A stretch of DNA of 64,000 nt from an uncultured Gemmatimonadaceae bacterium (GCA_963790305.1 CAWBOC010000007.1:32001-96000), one strand, 5' to 3'. Counted from the stretch's first letter, positions 1 through 9,848 are shown. Notes: generated by a model not told the origin, from the letters alone. Numbers and translations are program-made.

Positions 1-268
1 CCGACGCGTCCTTCTCGTCGGGGATTCCAAAGAGAATGACGCCGCCGACGCCCGCGCGAGCGGCGCGCTCCGCGTCGCGCAGCAACTCGTCCACCGAGGC
101 CTGGACGACGCCTGGCATCGCCGCAATGTCGCGGCGTACGCCGGTTCCCGATCGCGCGAACAACGGCAGGACGAGCTGCGACGGATGGAGATGCGTCTCG
201 CGAACGAGCGCGCGGAGAGCGGCGGTGCGACGCAGCCGGCGTGGCCGGTATAGGGGATACTGAGCCAT
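1..268 (-). CDS. hemB: Porphobilinogen synthase (delta-aminolevulinate dehydratase), N-terminal part; runs off the window edge
   Basis: Manual translation from ATG at 268: MAQYPLYRPRRLRRTAALRALVRETHLHPSQLVLPLF...MPGV...GVILFGIPDEKD, the typical HemB N-terminus; directly downstream of hemC. Confidence 0.93.
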   Translation of the reverse strand, partial: MAQYPLYRPRRLRRTAALRALVRETHLHPSQLVLPLFARSGTGVRRDIAAMPGVVQASVDELLRDAERAARAGVGGVILFGIPDEKDAS

Positions 269-280
269 CGACTGCGCGCG

Positions 281-1246
281 TTATTCCGGGGCGGGAACCG
301 GGACCTTCGACTCGGCGCGCAGACGCTCGAGTATGTATCGTCCGCCCCGCGAGAGGATATCGTACGCCACACGGCGCCCGGCGCCTTCCGGATTATCCAC
401 GTCGACAGGTGCGTGACCGCGCACGAGATGCGCGCCGCGTGGATCGGAGATGAACGCGTGCAGGACGAGCCCGTCCGCCTCCGTCATTGTCAGTGCGCCA
501 ATGGGGACCTGGCATCCGCCTTCCATCTCCGCGAGACACGCGCGCTCCGCACGGACGGCGATTCCCGTCGGTGCGTGATCCAGCGGCGCGAGCAGCTCGC
601 GCATTGGGGAGTCGTCATCGCGCGCTTGCACCGCGATTGCTCCCTGGCCGGCCGCCGGAAGCCACGCGGGCGGATCCAGCACTTCGTCGACGCGCTGATG
701 CACACCGAGGCGGTTGAGGCCGGCAATGGCGAGGATGGCGGCATGCACCTGGCCGTCATCGACCTTACGGAGTCGCGTCGGAACGTTCCCGCGGAGATCG
801 ACGACCTCGAGATCTGATCGCCGAGCAAGCAGCAGCGCGCGACGACGAAGGCTCGACGTGCCTACGCGGCTGCCACGCGGCAGCTCATCGATCGAGCCGA
901 CGCCGAGTGAGTCGTTGACGACGAGCGCATCGCGCGGATCCTCGCGCTCGAGAATGGCGGCGATCACGACGCCGGATGGAGATTCCGTCGGCAGGTCCTT
1001 GAGCGAGTGCACGCAGCACTCGACCTTTCCCGAGCGAAGCGCATGCTCGAGCTCCTTGGTGAAAAGCCCTTTCGCACCAATGGCGTTCAGCGGCTCTTCA
1101 ATGCGCTTGTCGCCTGCGGTTTTGAAGGTGACCAGCTCGGACTTCACACCGTGCACCGCGAGCGCAGCCTGTACCTGGCGCGCTTGACGCAGCGCCAGCT
1201 CAGAGGCGCGCGTGCCGATCCGAATTACGTCAGCGTCCCGGGCCAA
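281..1246 (-). CDS. hemC: Hydroxymethylbilane synthase (porphobilinogen deaminase)
   Basis: IRIGTRASELALRQ, GAKGLFTKELE, VHSLKDLP, GTSSLRR, LRGNVPTRL and EGGCQVPIG motifs; start codon approximate. Confidence 0.97.
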   Translation of the reverse strand: MARDADVIRIGTRASELALRQARQVQAALAVHGVKSELVTFKTAGDKRIEEPLNAIGAKGLFTKELEHALRSGKVECCVHSLKDLPTESPSGVVIAAILEREDPRDALVVNDSLGVGSIDELPRGSRVGTSSLRRRALLLARRSDLEVVDLRGNVPTRLRKVDDGQVHAAILAIAGLNRLGVHQRVDEVLDPPAWLPAAGQGAIAVQARDDDSPMRELLAPLDHAPTGIAVRAERACLAEMEGGCQVPIGALTMTEADGLVLHAFISDPRGAHLVRGHAPVDVDNPEGAGRRVAYDILSRGGRYILERLRAESKVPVPAPE

Positions 1247-2355
1247 TCGCGCGTGGACTCGATGAGATCACGCTCCCAGGCCGAATGCTCCGGCACGTAA
1301 TAGGGCACGCGCGTCTTCTTGAACTCGCGCAGCGAGTAGAGCACGAGATGCTCGGTGACGCCAGTCTCGCTCGCGATCGCGTCCGCGACCGCCTCGACCT
1401 CGGCCTGGCTGCGCCCATGGATCATCGTGAAGTGCGAGTAAGGCCAGTGCGGATACGTTGGACGCTTGTAGCAGTGCGATACCGCGCGAAAGCTGGCCAT
1501 CGCGCGACCCACTTCCTCGGCACGCTCCGACGGCACGTTCCAGACGGCCATGCCATTCGAGATGAAGCCGGCCTTCTGATGCCGAAGCACCGCGGCGAAC
1601 CGCCGCATCCGTCCTTCGCGAATGAAGCGCTCCGCCTCGCCAATGAGCTCCTCGAGTGAGAGAGAGGCTTCGTCCGCCCACTGAACGAACGGCTCCACAA
1701 CGAGGGGAACGTCGCGCTGCAACAGCCGTACGAGCTCGACATCGCGAGCGGTGGGCATGCGCGATGCCCGGACCTCGAGGACTTCCTCCTTGGTACCGCC
1801 GCGGGCGCTCGGCGGCGCAGTGCGTGCGTCGGACTGAGCGCCACGCTCGACATCGAGCTGCACACCGATCTTGTACAGCGCAAGCGTGGGCAGCAGCGCG
1901 TAATGCTCGGCCCGCACCTTCCAGGCGAGACGTGCTACTTGCTCCTCGAGCGAAAGCACAGCGTCCGCGGGGACGGCGATCGTGAACCAGATGTTGAATT
2001 GGCCCGACCGCTCGTAGTTGTGGCTGATGCCCGGATTCCGATTCAGCTCCGCTGCCGCCTCCTCGAGCTGGTCAGGCGGTACCTTGAACGCGACGAGCAT
2101 CGAGTCGTAGCCGAGCTTTCGCGTGTCGAAGATGGCGGAAATCTGCCGGATGACAGGCGCTTCACCTGCATGCAGCCGCTGTACGCGGCTCAGCATGTCG
2201 TGCTCATCGATGCCAACGCGCGCGCCGAGCTCGGCGAATGGGCGTCGCAGGAGGGGGAACTCGCGCTGAATCTCGTTGAGGATGCGCGCGTCGACGTCGT
2301 CATTTGCAACCCCAAGTCCTGCCTGAGGTTCGCGGACGGTCGTTTCGGCAGTCAT
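1225..2355 (-). CDS. ahbAB: Fused siroheme decarboxylase AhbA-AhbB (NirDL/GH-like, two Lrp/AsnC-type modules)
   Basis: First module has ISHNYER...FNIWFT; second has VSHCYKRPTYPHWPYSHFTMIHGRS...LYSLREFKKT; located in hem cluster; ATG at 2355. Confidence 0.88.
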   Translation of the reverse strand: MTAETTVREPQAGLGVANDDVDARILNEIQREFPLLRRPFAELGARVGIDEHDMLSRVQRLHAGEAPVIRQISAIFDTRKLGYDSMLVAFKVPPDQLEEAAAELNRNPGISHNYERSGQFNIWFTIAVPADAVLSLEEQVARLAWKVRAEHYALLPTLALYKIGVQLDVERGAQSDARTAPPSARGGTKEEVLEVRASRMPTARDVELVRLLQRDVPLVVEPFVQWADEASLSLEELIGEAERFIREGRMRRFAAVLRHQKAGFISNGMAVWNVPSERAEEVGRAMASFRAVSHCYKRPTYPHWPYSHFTMIHGRSQAEVEAVADAIASETGVTEHLVLYSLREFKKTRVPYYVPEHSAWERDLIESTRDWPGTLT

Positions 2356-2412
2356 GGAGGGCAATCTAATGCCCGTGCGCACGGGCAGTTAAGGGGTTAA
2401 CGGCAAAGATGA

Positions 2413-2487
2413 CAGAATTCAGAATACCGAGTTCAGATAGTTCAGACGGAACTGTCCGAATTCTGATTCCGTGTTTTGAACTCTGAC
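2413..2487. repeat. Degenerate TTCAGAA-type heptamer repeats in inverted arrangement
   Basis: cagaattcagaata..gttcagatagttcaga facing gaattctga..tttgaactctga; the same unit occurs at 63417-63437. Confidence 0.5.
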
Positions 2488-2622
2488 ATCTGTGCCGTGT
2501 ATATCTCGTTTACGCAATTGTGACCCCGGTCCATTGACGCATCTTTGTGCGCTCGGTACGTTCGCAATGCACGCCGAGCGCACGTGGCGACGCAGCTAAC
2601 TGCGGCTCGCGGGAGGGCCCCC

Positions 2623-2919
2623 ATGATGACCGAATTGAACGCTACCGATCGCGCGCGCCTTCGCGCGCAAGTCATAGATCAAGGGCTGGCGGCTGCTTTC
2701 GCCGCGCACGTGGCCGGCGCACCCCGCGCGGAGCTTCGCAAGGCAGTGGCGACGTTCGTCGCAGATGCGAAGCGCACAATGACGCCTCCCCAGGATGTCA
2801 TCGCCTCGCTCAAGGCGCACGTACAGCGCGACGCGCAGCCACACGTAAGCGCCGGCGAATACCCCTCCCTGGTGCAGCTCGTCGTCGGCTGGGCGATCGA
2901 GGACTACTACCAGACCTAA
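2623..2919 (+). CDS. Small helical hypothetical protein
   Basis: GGGAGG RBS before ATG; coherent 98-aa amphipathic ORF ending LVVGWAIEDYYQT. Confidence 0.7.
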   Translation: MMTELNATDRARLRAQVIDQGLAAAFAAHVAGAPRAELRKAVATFVADAKRTMTPPQDVIASLKAHVQRDAQPHVSAGEYPSLVQLVVGWAIEDYYQT

Positions 2920-2926
2920 CTGAAGA

Positions 2927-3023
2927 GGCGCTGGACAGGCGCTGGGAAAGCGCTGGACAAGCGCTGGACCGGCGCCTTTTTTTTCTACGCCATTCCAGCG
3001 CGCCCAGCGCTTTTCCAGCGCCC
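2927..3023. repeat. GCGCTGG-core tandem repeats forming an inverted repeat (possible terminator)
   Basis: Four GCGCTGG units, a T-run, then three CCAGCGC units; related copy at 17651-17724. Confidence 0.65.
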
Positions 3024-3030
3024 TTAGACG

Positions 3031-3432
3031 ATGAAAACCGCCACCGCCCAGCCGAAAACCATTGACGAGTACATCGCCGGCTTTCCACCCGATACTCAGC
3101 GCCTCCTGCGACAGGTGCGAGCGACGATCCGGAGAGCGGCACCCGACGCGACCGAGGACATCAGCTATCGAATCCCGACGTTTCGGCTGCACGGGAGCTA
3201 TCTGGTCTACTTCGCCGGGCACACGAAGCACATCGGGGTCTACCCGGCGCCGGTGAACGCTCCCGCGCTCAAGAAGACGCTGGCGCCTTACGCGACGGGA
3301 AAAGGCACGGTGCAATTCCCGCTGGACCGGCCGATTCCCTTCGACGTGATCACGAGAATCGTGCAGTTCCGGGCGAAGCAGAACCTGGAGAAGGCGGCGG
3401 CGAAAACGAAAAAGAAGAACGCGCGCTCCTAA
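3031..3432 (+). CDS. YdhG/DUF1801 family protein (iron chaperone-like)
   Basis: TIDEYIAGFP...IRRAAPDATEDISYRIPTF...HIGVYP...GKGTVQFPLDRPIP. Confidence 0.9.
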   Translation: MKTATAQPKTIDEYIAGFPPDTQRLLRQVRATIRRAAPDATEDISYRIPTFRLHGSYLVYFAGHTKHIGVYPAPVNAPALKKTLAPYATGKGTVQFPLDRPIPFDVITRIVQFRAKQNLEKAAAKTKKKNARS

Positions 3433-4943
3433 CGACGGCGGGCGACGATCGCGTCGACGAGTGCAGGGATCGTCGATTGGTCGGACTCCACCGCGACGTG
3501 GAGACCAAGCGCTCTCGCCGCCTGGGAGGTCACCGGCCCGATGGACGCCGCCGGCGCGGCCCGCGCCGCCTCCGCGCCAACCGCGTCAACGAAAAAGCGC
3601 GCTGTCGAGCTCGAGCTCAGCGTCACCAGATCGATCTCCCCCGCACGCAGCTGGTCGGCAACACGCGTCGCGCCGTCTCCGTCGAGCACCGTTCGGTAGA
3701 TCGGAATGACGTCGACGTACGCGCCGAGCGCACGGAGGCCATCGGGGAGAACGTCGCGCGCCTCCGCCGCCCGGGGGAGGAGCACTCGCCGGCCTTTCAC
3801 GTCGTCCCGTCGTCCGAGCGCTTCCACCAGCGACTCGGCGACGAACCGGTCCGGGACGACGTCGGCGACCAGTCCACATCCGAGCAAGGCGTCCGCGGTC
3901 GCCCGTCCGATCGCCGCGATTCGAGCATGTCCTAACGATCGTGCATCGAGGCCGCGCGTCCGGATTGCACGCCAGACAAGCCCCACCGCGTTCTGGCTGG
4001 TAACCATCAGCCAGTCGTACGTGGCGACGCTGTCGAGCGCGCGGTGAAGCGGGGCGGGATCGAGAATTTCGAGACGAATCGCCGGCATCTCGATCACCGC
4101 CGCGCCAAGCTCACGCAGGCGCGCGGAGAGCGACGACGCCTGCGTGCGCGCGCGCGTGACCACGATGCGCTGTCCCGCCAACGGCCTGCGCTCGAACCAC
4201 TCGATGCTCTCCCGCAGGCGTACCACCTCCCCGATGATCGTGATCGCCGGCGCGGCCACCCCGGCCTCACGAGCGCGGTCGGCGATGGTCGACACCGTGC
4301 CAGTGACGACGCGCTGACCCGGCGACGTCGCGCGCTCGATCACCGCCGCGGGAGTATCCGGGGCTCGTCCGCCTGCCAGCAGCTCGCGGACGACGTCGGG
4401 GAGCGTGCGCACGCCCATGTACAGCACGAGCGTTGCGCTCGTCCGCGCGAGCGCGCCCCAGTCGAGTGCCCGCTCGCCCTTTTCGGGATCCTCATGTCCG
4501 GTCACGAGCGTGACCGCGGTGGCGACTCCACGGTGTGTCACGGGAATGCCCGCGTACGCGGGGCCCGCGATGCCAGCGGTCACGCCCGGCACGATCTCGA
4601 AGGGAATCCCGGCCCGCCCGAGCGCCTCCGCTTCCTCACCGCCGCGCCCGAACACGAAGGGGTCGCCCCCCTTGAGCCGCACGACACGCTTGCCCTCACG
4701 CGCCAGCCTGACGAGCAGCGCCTCGATTTCGGCCTGACGGGCCGACCGCCTGTCGCCGCCACGCTTCCCGACGAAATGGCGTCCCACCTCACGATCGCCC
4801 AGCTCCAGCGTCAGCAGCTCCTCGCTCACGAGGGCGTCATACACGACGTCATCGCAGGATTGGAGCAGCTCGCGCCCTCGGATGGTCAAGAGGCCCGGAT
4901 CGCCCGGGCCGGCCCCGACGAGATAGACGATGCCCCGCGTCAC
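3429..4943 (-). CDS. cobA-hemD: Bifunctional uroporphyrinogen-III C-methyltransferase / uroporphyrinogen-III synthase
   Basis: VYLVGAGPGDPGLLT, RLKGGDPFVFGRGGEE, then HemD domain (IVVTRA, TSQNAV, IGPVT); GTG start at 4943 overlaps the upstream stop (GTGA). Confidence 0.95.
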   Translation of the reverse strand: MTRGIVYLVGAGPGDPGLLTIRGRELLQSCDDVVYDALVSEELLTLELGDREVGRHFVGKRGGDRRSARQAEIEALLVRLAREGKRVVRLKGGDPFVFGRGGEEAEALGRAGIPFEIVPGVTAGIAGPAYAGIPVTHRGVATAVTLVTGHEDPEKGERALDWGALARTSATLVLYMGVRTLPDVVRELLAGGRAPDTPAAVIERATSPGQRVVTGTVSTIADRAREAGVAAPAITIIGEVVRLRESIEWFERRPLAGQRIVVTRARTQASSLSARLRELGAAVIEMPAIRLEILDPAPLHRALDSVATYDWLMVTSQNAVGLVWRAIRTRGLDARSLGHARIAAIGRATADALLGCGLVADVVPDRFVAESLVEALGRRDDVKGRRVLLPRAAEARDVLPDGLRALGAYVDVIPIYRTVLDGDGATRVADQLRAGEIDLVTLSSSSTARFFVDAVGAEAARAAPAASIGPVTSQAARALGLHVAVESDQSTIPALVDAIVARRR

Positions 4944-5851
4944 CCGCGGAAATACACCGAGGCGTAGCGGGGGCTCCGCTGCCGTAACGCATCGCGCACC
5001 TCGCCGACAGCGATCGCTCGGGCCGCGAGATGGGCCGCGTGCGAGTGACGCAGCGAGTGCGGACCGATCGCCTCGGTCGTCTCCGCGGGGAGCGCCGCCG
5101 CGCGCGCAATGCGCCTGAGCCGATCCCATGCGCGCTGACGCGACGTGTGCAGCTGCGTGCGTGGATGAATGAACACGAACGGACGGTGATGCGCGCGCCG
5201 GGGTGCCGGCCGCTCGGTCAGCCAGCGCGCCATCCACGCCGCGGGCTCGCCCTCGAGCGTCACCTGCGATGTCTCGCCTCGCCGGCCAACCACCTCGAGA
5301 TGCATGACACGAGGCCCGCCGCGCACCGCCTCCATCGTCAAATTCACCGCTTCCGAGACCAGCAACGCCCCGTGATAGCACAACCCGTAGAGTGCCAGGT
5401 CCATGCGCGCGGATGCATCGTCCCGCGCGCGCTTCGCCAGCCATTCGAACAGCATGTCGATCTGCGCGGCCGGGATGACGTGCGGCGCGCGGGGCTCGGG
5501 CACCGGCTCGTCGAGCGATTCGGCGGGCCCGGGGGCGCCCAACGACTCTTCGGCGATCAGATATCGGTAAAACGTCTTGATGGACTGGAGATGCCGACGC
5601 ACCGTCGGCGGAGCCCAGACGTCGTGCGACACACGCGCCGCGAAGTATTCCCGCAGGTCGCGAGTCGACAGCTCCTCGACGGGACGGGGCGCGTAGGCAC
5701 GGACGAGATCGGCGACGTCGGCGTGATACGCCTCGATGGTGGCCGCCGCACGGTCCATTCGCTCGAGCCACGCGCTGAATCGATGGACCGGGTCGAAGTT
5801 CGGCTCGGGATGGACCTCGGGATGCTGCGGTGTGACCGGAAGGTCACTCAC
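4940..5851 (-). CDS. XerD-like tyrosine recombinase-fold protein with degenerate catalytic residues
   Basis: SAM-like N-domain (TIEAYHADV...TVRRHLQSIKTFYRYL); HSLRHS and C-terminal Tyr retained; GLRVSE appears as GALLVSE and LGH as LRQ. Confidence 0.85.
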   Translation of the reverse strand: MSDLPVTPQHPEVHPEPNFDPVHRFSAWLERMDRAAATIEAYHADVADLVRAYAPRPVEELSTRDLREYFAARVSHDVWAPPTVRRHLQSIKTFYRYLIAEESLGAPGPAESLDEPVPEPRAPHVIPAAQIDMLFEWLAKRARDDASARMDLALYGLCYHGALLVSEAVNLTMEAVRGGPRVMHLEVVGRRGETSQVTLEGEPAAWMARWLTERPAPRRAHHRPFVFIHPRTQLHTSRQRAWDRLRRIARAAALPAETTEAIGPHSLRHSHAAHLAARAIAVGEVRDALRQRSPRYASVYFRG

Positions 5852-5864
5852 GGCGGAGCCTCGC

Positions 5865-6236
5865 TCAGGGGAGGTTCGACGCTTCGTCGATCTTGGTCGC
5901 CAGATCGTTGAGGTCGAATGGCTTCGTCATGAACGACGTGCGCCCGAGTGCGAGCATGGAGACGAGCGGTCCCATGCTGACGTAAGCGGTCGTGATGATG
6001 ACGGGCACCTGGGGATCGATCTCCCGCACCTTGCGCATTACCTCGATTCCGTCGGTGTCGGGAAGTCGCAGGTCGAGGACGACCACCTCGGGCGCGAACG
6101 GCCTGACTTTCGTCACCGCCTCGGCGCCACTGGCGGCGAACTCCATGCTGTATCGATCGGCGAAGAACCGTTCATACGACTTGCGTAGCGTCGCTTCATC
6201 CTCGATGAACATGACGCGCGTCAGCGTTTCGGGCAT
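5865..6236 (-). CDS. Single-domain response regulator (REC)
   Basis: FIEDE, VVLDLRLPDTDG, ITTAY, TKPFD motifs; phosphoacceptor Asp intact. Confidence 0.92.
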   Translation of the reverse strand: MPETLTRVMFIEDEATLRKSYERFFADRYSMEFAASGAEAVTKVRPFAPEVVVLDLRLPDTDGIEVMRKVREIDPQVPVIITTAYVSMGPLVSMLALGRTSFMTKPFDLNDLATKIDEASNLP

Positions 6237-6276
6237 GGGGATACGGTAACTAGTAAGGCGGTGAACGGCAAAGGTA

Positions 6277-6361
6277 GTCGAGGCTGTCGAGGTGATCGAG
6301 GTGGTTGAGGAAAGGCAACGACGTTCCGTCGATTGCCTCGACGACCTGGACCACCTCGACC
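6277..6361. repeat. 9-bp GTCGAGGTG-like tandem repeats in inverted arrangement
   Basis: gtcgaggct gtcgaggtg atcgaggtg gttgagg facing cctcgacga cctggacca cctcgac. Confidence 0.55.
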
Positions 6362-6496
6362 GCCCAAGTGGGAACGAGAAACGGTCGGCTGCGTCATCGC
6401 AGCCGACCGTACTCGTTCCCACAGAAGCACCCTCCCCCCACTCCGCGCCGCCCCCCGACGGCGCGGTCCCCCACCCACATCTCGAACAGCCTTCGA

Positions 6497-6802
6497 TTAC
6501 GCGCTTTCCACCACGAAGAGGTGCAGCAGCTCAGTCAACGACAGAAGGGTGAGAACCTCTTCCGTCACGTTCACCAGCTTCACCGTCATCCCCAACTGCT
6601 TCGCGTGGGTCTGAATCGCCACCAGTGTTCCAAGTCCGGTCGCATCCATCTCCCGCGTCACAGCGAGATCGAGGGTGATTGTCTTCGCCTCGCGCGCCGT
6701 CGACTCTATCATGCTGACCGCAGCGTTGCGGAACTCTGCGCGCGTCTCGGCGACGAGACGGCTCGGCGCGGTCAGAAACTTTTCGTCGTTGATCGTGTTC
6801 AT
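6497..6802 (-). CDS. STAS domain protein (anti-sigma-factor antagonist-like)
   Basis: ITLDLAVTREMDATGLGTLV...VKLVNV...LLSLTEL pattern; could extend upstream to TTG at 6904. Confidence 0.85.
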   Translation of the reverse strand: MNTINDEKFLTAPSRLVAETRAEFRNAAVSMIESTAREAKTITLDLAVTREMDATGLGTLVAIQTHAKQLGMTVKLVNVTEEVLTLLSLTELLHLFVVESA

Positions 6803-7019
6803 GTCCCTGGCCCTCGACACCTCGTCGATGAGCTGGAGCACGCAGCCGGCGATGAACACGCTCGGAAAATCGGGCGCTGGCCCGACCTCCTTCACCTTCG
6901 GCAACCGGACGATCTCATCCGCCCTAAAGGGCGCCCGAGACTCCTGGCTTTGCGGCCCCGCCTCACGACGGGTGTGCTATTATCGGGTGATTCAACGTTC
7001 TGTTGTCGTCTCCCTGTAA

Positions 7020-7035
7020 AGCGAAGGTGGTGCCA
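7020..7035 (-). promoter_or_regulatory. Candidate sigma54 (-24/-12) promoter for the STAS-REC-recombinase-cobA unit
   Basis: TGGCACCACCTTCGCT on minus strand (GG-N10-GC). Confidence 0.4.
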
Positions 7036-7180
7036 CGAAATCTGACGCTGCGTAACATCATGTACCGCAGTACCTTAGCTATACTTTGCCCGGGCCGCTG
7101 CCGCCCAAACCCCGGTGCACTTTGCGGCGATTCGGGAAAATCGCCACATTGGGACCTCCTCACCCACCCCACGCAAATTC

Positions 7181-9142
7181 ATGTCAGATCTCGACGTCCT
7201 CCTCACCGAGGAGCGGCGGTTTCCACCCCCGGAAAGCTTCCGCCGCTCCGCCACGGTCTCCAGCGAGGAGCTCTACGACTACGCCTCCCGCGATCCCGAG
7301 AGCTTCTGGACGAAGATGGCCGAGGAGCTCGAGTGGTCGAAGCGGTGGGATCGCGTGCTGGAGTGGAAGCCGCCGCGGGCCAAGTGGTTCCTCGGGGGCA
7401 AGCTGAATGCGTCCGTCAACTGCGTGGACCGGCACATCCGCGGCCCGCGGCGCAACAAGGCCGCGCTCATTTGGGAGGGGGAGCCAGGCGATCGGCGCAC
7501 ACTCACCTACTGGGATCTGTATCGCGAGATCAACCGGTTCGCGAGCGTTCTCAGGAAGCTGGGCGTTCGCCGCGGTGATCGGGTCGCGATCTACCTGCCG
7601 ATGATTCCGGAGGTCGTCGTAGCGATGCTGGCGTGCGCCCGCATCGGCGCGATCCACTCGGTCGTCTTCGGCGGATTCTCCGCCGAGGCACTGCGCGACC
7701 GAATCAACGATTCCGAGTGCAAAGTGCTGGTCACTGCCGACGCCGGCTATCGGCGGGGCCAGATCGTCCCGTTGAAACGCAACGCCGACAAGGCGATCGA
7801 AGAGTGCCCATCGATCGAGCACGTGGTGGTCGTGATGCGCCGCCCAGGCGCAGCCGGTGACGAGGCATTCGCGCAGATCACCGAAGGACGAGACCACTGG
7901 TGGCATCGCCTCATGGCCGATGCGGACTCGTTCGTCGAGCCGGAGCAGATGGACGCGGAGGACATTCTCTACATCCTCTACACGTCAGGCACCACCGGAA
8001 AACCCAAAGGCATCGTGCACACCACGGGCGGCTATCTCATTGGGTGTGCGGCGACGACCAGGCTGGTGTTCGACCTCAAGGAAGCGGACGTCTTCTGGTG
8101 TACAGCCGACGTCGGCTGGGTCACCGGCCATTCGTACCTGGTGTACGGTCCGCTGGCGAACGGCGCGACCTGCGTCATGTTCGAGGGAGCGCCGGATTGG
8201 CCGGAGAAGAACCGTTTCTGGGAGATCTGCGAGCGGTTCGGTGTGACAGTCTTCTACACCGCGCCGACTGCCATACGCGCCTTCATGAAGTGGGGCGCCC
8301 ACCTTCCCAGGAAGCACGACCTCTCGATGCTTCGACTGCTCGGGTCGGTGGGTGAGCCGATCAATCCGGAGGCGTGGATCTGGTATCACGAGAACATCGG
8401 GCGCTCGCGGTGCCCGATCGTCGACACGTGGTGGCAGACGGAGACCGGCGCGATCATGATCACCCCCTTGCCCGGCGTCACGGCGACCAAGCCGGGAAGC
8501 GCAACGGTTCCCTTTCCCGGCATCGCCGCCGACCTCCTCGACTCGTCAGGCAAGTCGATTCGCGTGGGGGGCGGATTGCTCGCGATCACCAAACCGTGGC
8601 CGTCGATGCTGCGCACGATCTGGGGCGACGACGAGCGCTATGTGAACACGTACTTCACGAAGTGGGCGGGCCGCCCCGATCTCTACTTCCCCGGCGACGG
8701 CGCCAAGCGCGACGACGACGGCTACTTCTGGATCCTCGGCCGCGTCGACGACGTGCTCAACGTGGCGGGACACCGCATCGGCACGATGGAGGTGGAGTCG
8801 GCACTCGTCGACCACCGTGCAGTCGCGGAGGCAGCCGTCGTCGGAAAGACGCATGAGCTCAAGGGCCAGGCCATCGCCGCGTTCGTGACGCTGCGCGAGG
8901 GCCATACCGCGTCGTCGGAGCTTCGTGATGAGCTCCGCGAGCATGTCGTGCAGAAGATCGGCGCGCTCGCTCGCCCGGACGACATTCTCTTCTCCGCCGA
9001 TCTCCCGAAAACGCGCTCCGGCAAGATCATGCGACGGCTGCTGCGGGACATCGCCGAGGGGAGAACGTTAGGCGATACGACGACGTTGGCGGATCCGAAC
9101 GTCGTGGCGAAGTTGAAGGAGCAGTACGAGGAGAAGGAATAG
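7181..9142 (+). CDS. acs: Acetyl-CoA synthetase
   Basis: [43 protein letters not shown]. Confidence 0.98.
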   Translation: MSDLDVLLTEERRFPPPESFRRSATVSSEELYDYASRDPESFWTKMAEELEWSKRWDRVLEWKPPRAKWFLGGKLNASVNCVDRHIRGPRRNKAALIWEGEPGDRRTLTYWDLYREINRFASVLRKLGVRRGDRVAIYLPMIPEVVVAMLACARIGAIHSVVFGGFSAEALRDRINDSECKVLVTADAGYRRGQIVPLKRNADKAIEECPSIEHVVVVMRRPGAAGDEAFAQITEGRDHWWHRLMADADSFVEPEQMDAEDILYILYTSGTTGKPKGIVHTTGGYLIGCAATTRLVFDLKEADVFWCTADVGWVTGHSYLVYGPLANGATCVMFEGAPDWPEKNRFWEICERFGVTVFYTAPTAIRAFMKWGAHLPRKHDLSMLRLLGSVGEPINPEAWIWYHENIGRSRCPIVDTWWQTETGAIMITPLPGVTATKPGSATVPFPGIAADLLDSSGKSIRVGGGLLAITKPWPSMLRTIWGDDERYVNTYFTKWAGRPDLYFPGDGAKRDDDGYFWILGRVDDVLNVAGHRIGTMEVESALVDHRAVAEAAVVGKTHELKGQAIAAFVTLREGHTASSELRDELREHVVQKIGALARPDDILFSADLPKTRSGKIMRRLLRDIAEGRTLGDTTTLADPNVVAKLKEQYEEKE

Positions 9143-9282
9143 GAGTCAGGAGCCAGGGGTCAGGGATCAGGGATGGAAAGGGGCCGCGGCGCTTCGCGCC
9201 TGCGGCCCTCATCAGATAAGCGCGGCAGCTTCGCGGCCGCGCCTTTCCATCCCTGACTCCTGACTCCTGACTCCTGACCCCT
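9142..9282. repeat. GGAGTCA/GGGATCA heptamer inverted repeat enclosing two CTTCG-loop hairpins, between convergent genes (probable terminator)
   Basis: ggagtcaggagccaggggtcagggatcagggatggaaagg ... cctttccatccctgactcctgactcctgactcctgacccc. Confidence 0.8.
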
Positions 9283-9285
9283 ACT

Positions 9286-9666
9286 TCAAGCTCGCCTCAC
9301 CGCCCGAAACCTCGCCTCACTCGCGTCATTGAGCCGAAGCGGCGGCCGGCCTGGTGTCTCGTCGGGGCGCGGGGCTTCCTGCGCGCGGCGACGGTATGGG
9401 ACGAGATCCTCACCTAACACCACCAGCGTGCGCGTCGCGACGACGCTCGCCATCGGCTCGGGTAGCCCCATCACACGGACGTAGCTGTCGATGGCGCGGT
9501 CGAACGACAGATCTTCGGCAAGCATGTCGACGAACATGAGCGCGTTGTCGACGTGAGCGCGAATGATCGCTTCCTCCGCGCGCGCCTGCGCGAGACGCAG
9601 CCGCTTTTCAGCGGATGGCGTCAGCTTGCGGGGAAAGAGCGTCTCAGGAAAAAGGCGGCCAAGCAT
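9286..9666 (-). CDS. Hypothetical protein
   Basis: Coherent helical ORF MLGRLFPETLFPRKL...; candidate sigma54 box at 9724-9739. Confidence 0.75.
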   Translation of the reverse strand: MLGRLFPETLFPRKLTPSAEKRLRLAQARAEEAIIRAHVDNALMFVDMLAEDLSFDRAIDSYVRVMGLPEPMASVVATRTLVVLGEDLVPYRRRAQEAPRPDETPGRPPLRLNDASEARFRAVRRA

Positions 9667-9848
9667 GTATGGTTCGTCCCGGGTCGGTGGAATATTCGGG
9701 TTGTGCCCTGCATCACACAAGAGAGCACGGTCCGTACCAGCAACCGAGTCCATTCCTACAACGCTAAACCGGTGGTGGAAGGTTCAACTCCGCGTATGAC
9801 CGGTCATTATGAGGCAAGGACGCGACGCGGGAGGCGAGGGTCACTCGA

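Noticed and set aside
1225..2355. Lrp/AsnC transcriptional regulator
   Set aside because: SHNYER and SHCYKR...WPY motifs and the hem context identify a siroheme decarboxylase.
3429..5771. 780-aa CobA-HemD with long N-terminal extension
   Set aside because: The extension is a low-complexity shadow frame over the recombinase gene; the real start is the GTG at 4943.
4940..5851. Prophage or integrative element marked by the integrase
   Set aside because: No att repeats, tRNA, phage or conjugation genes, or visible compositional shift; the gene is embedded among housekeeping genes.
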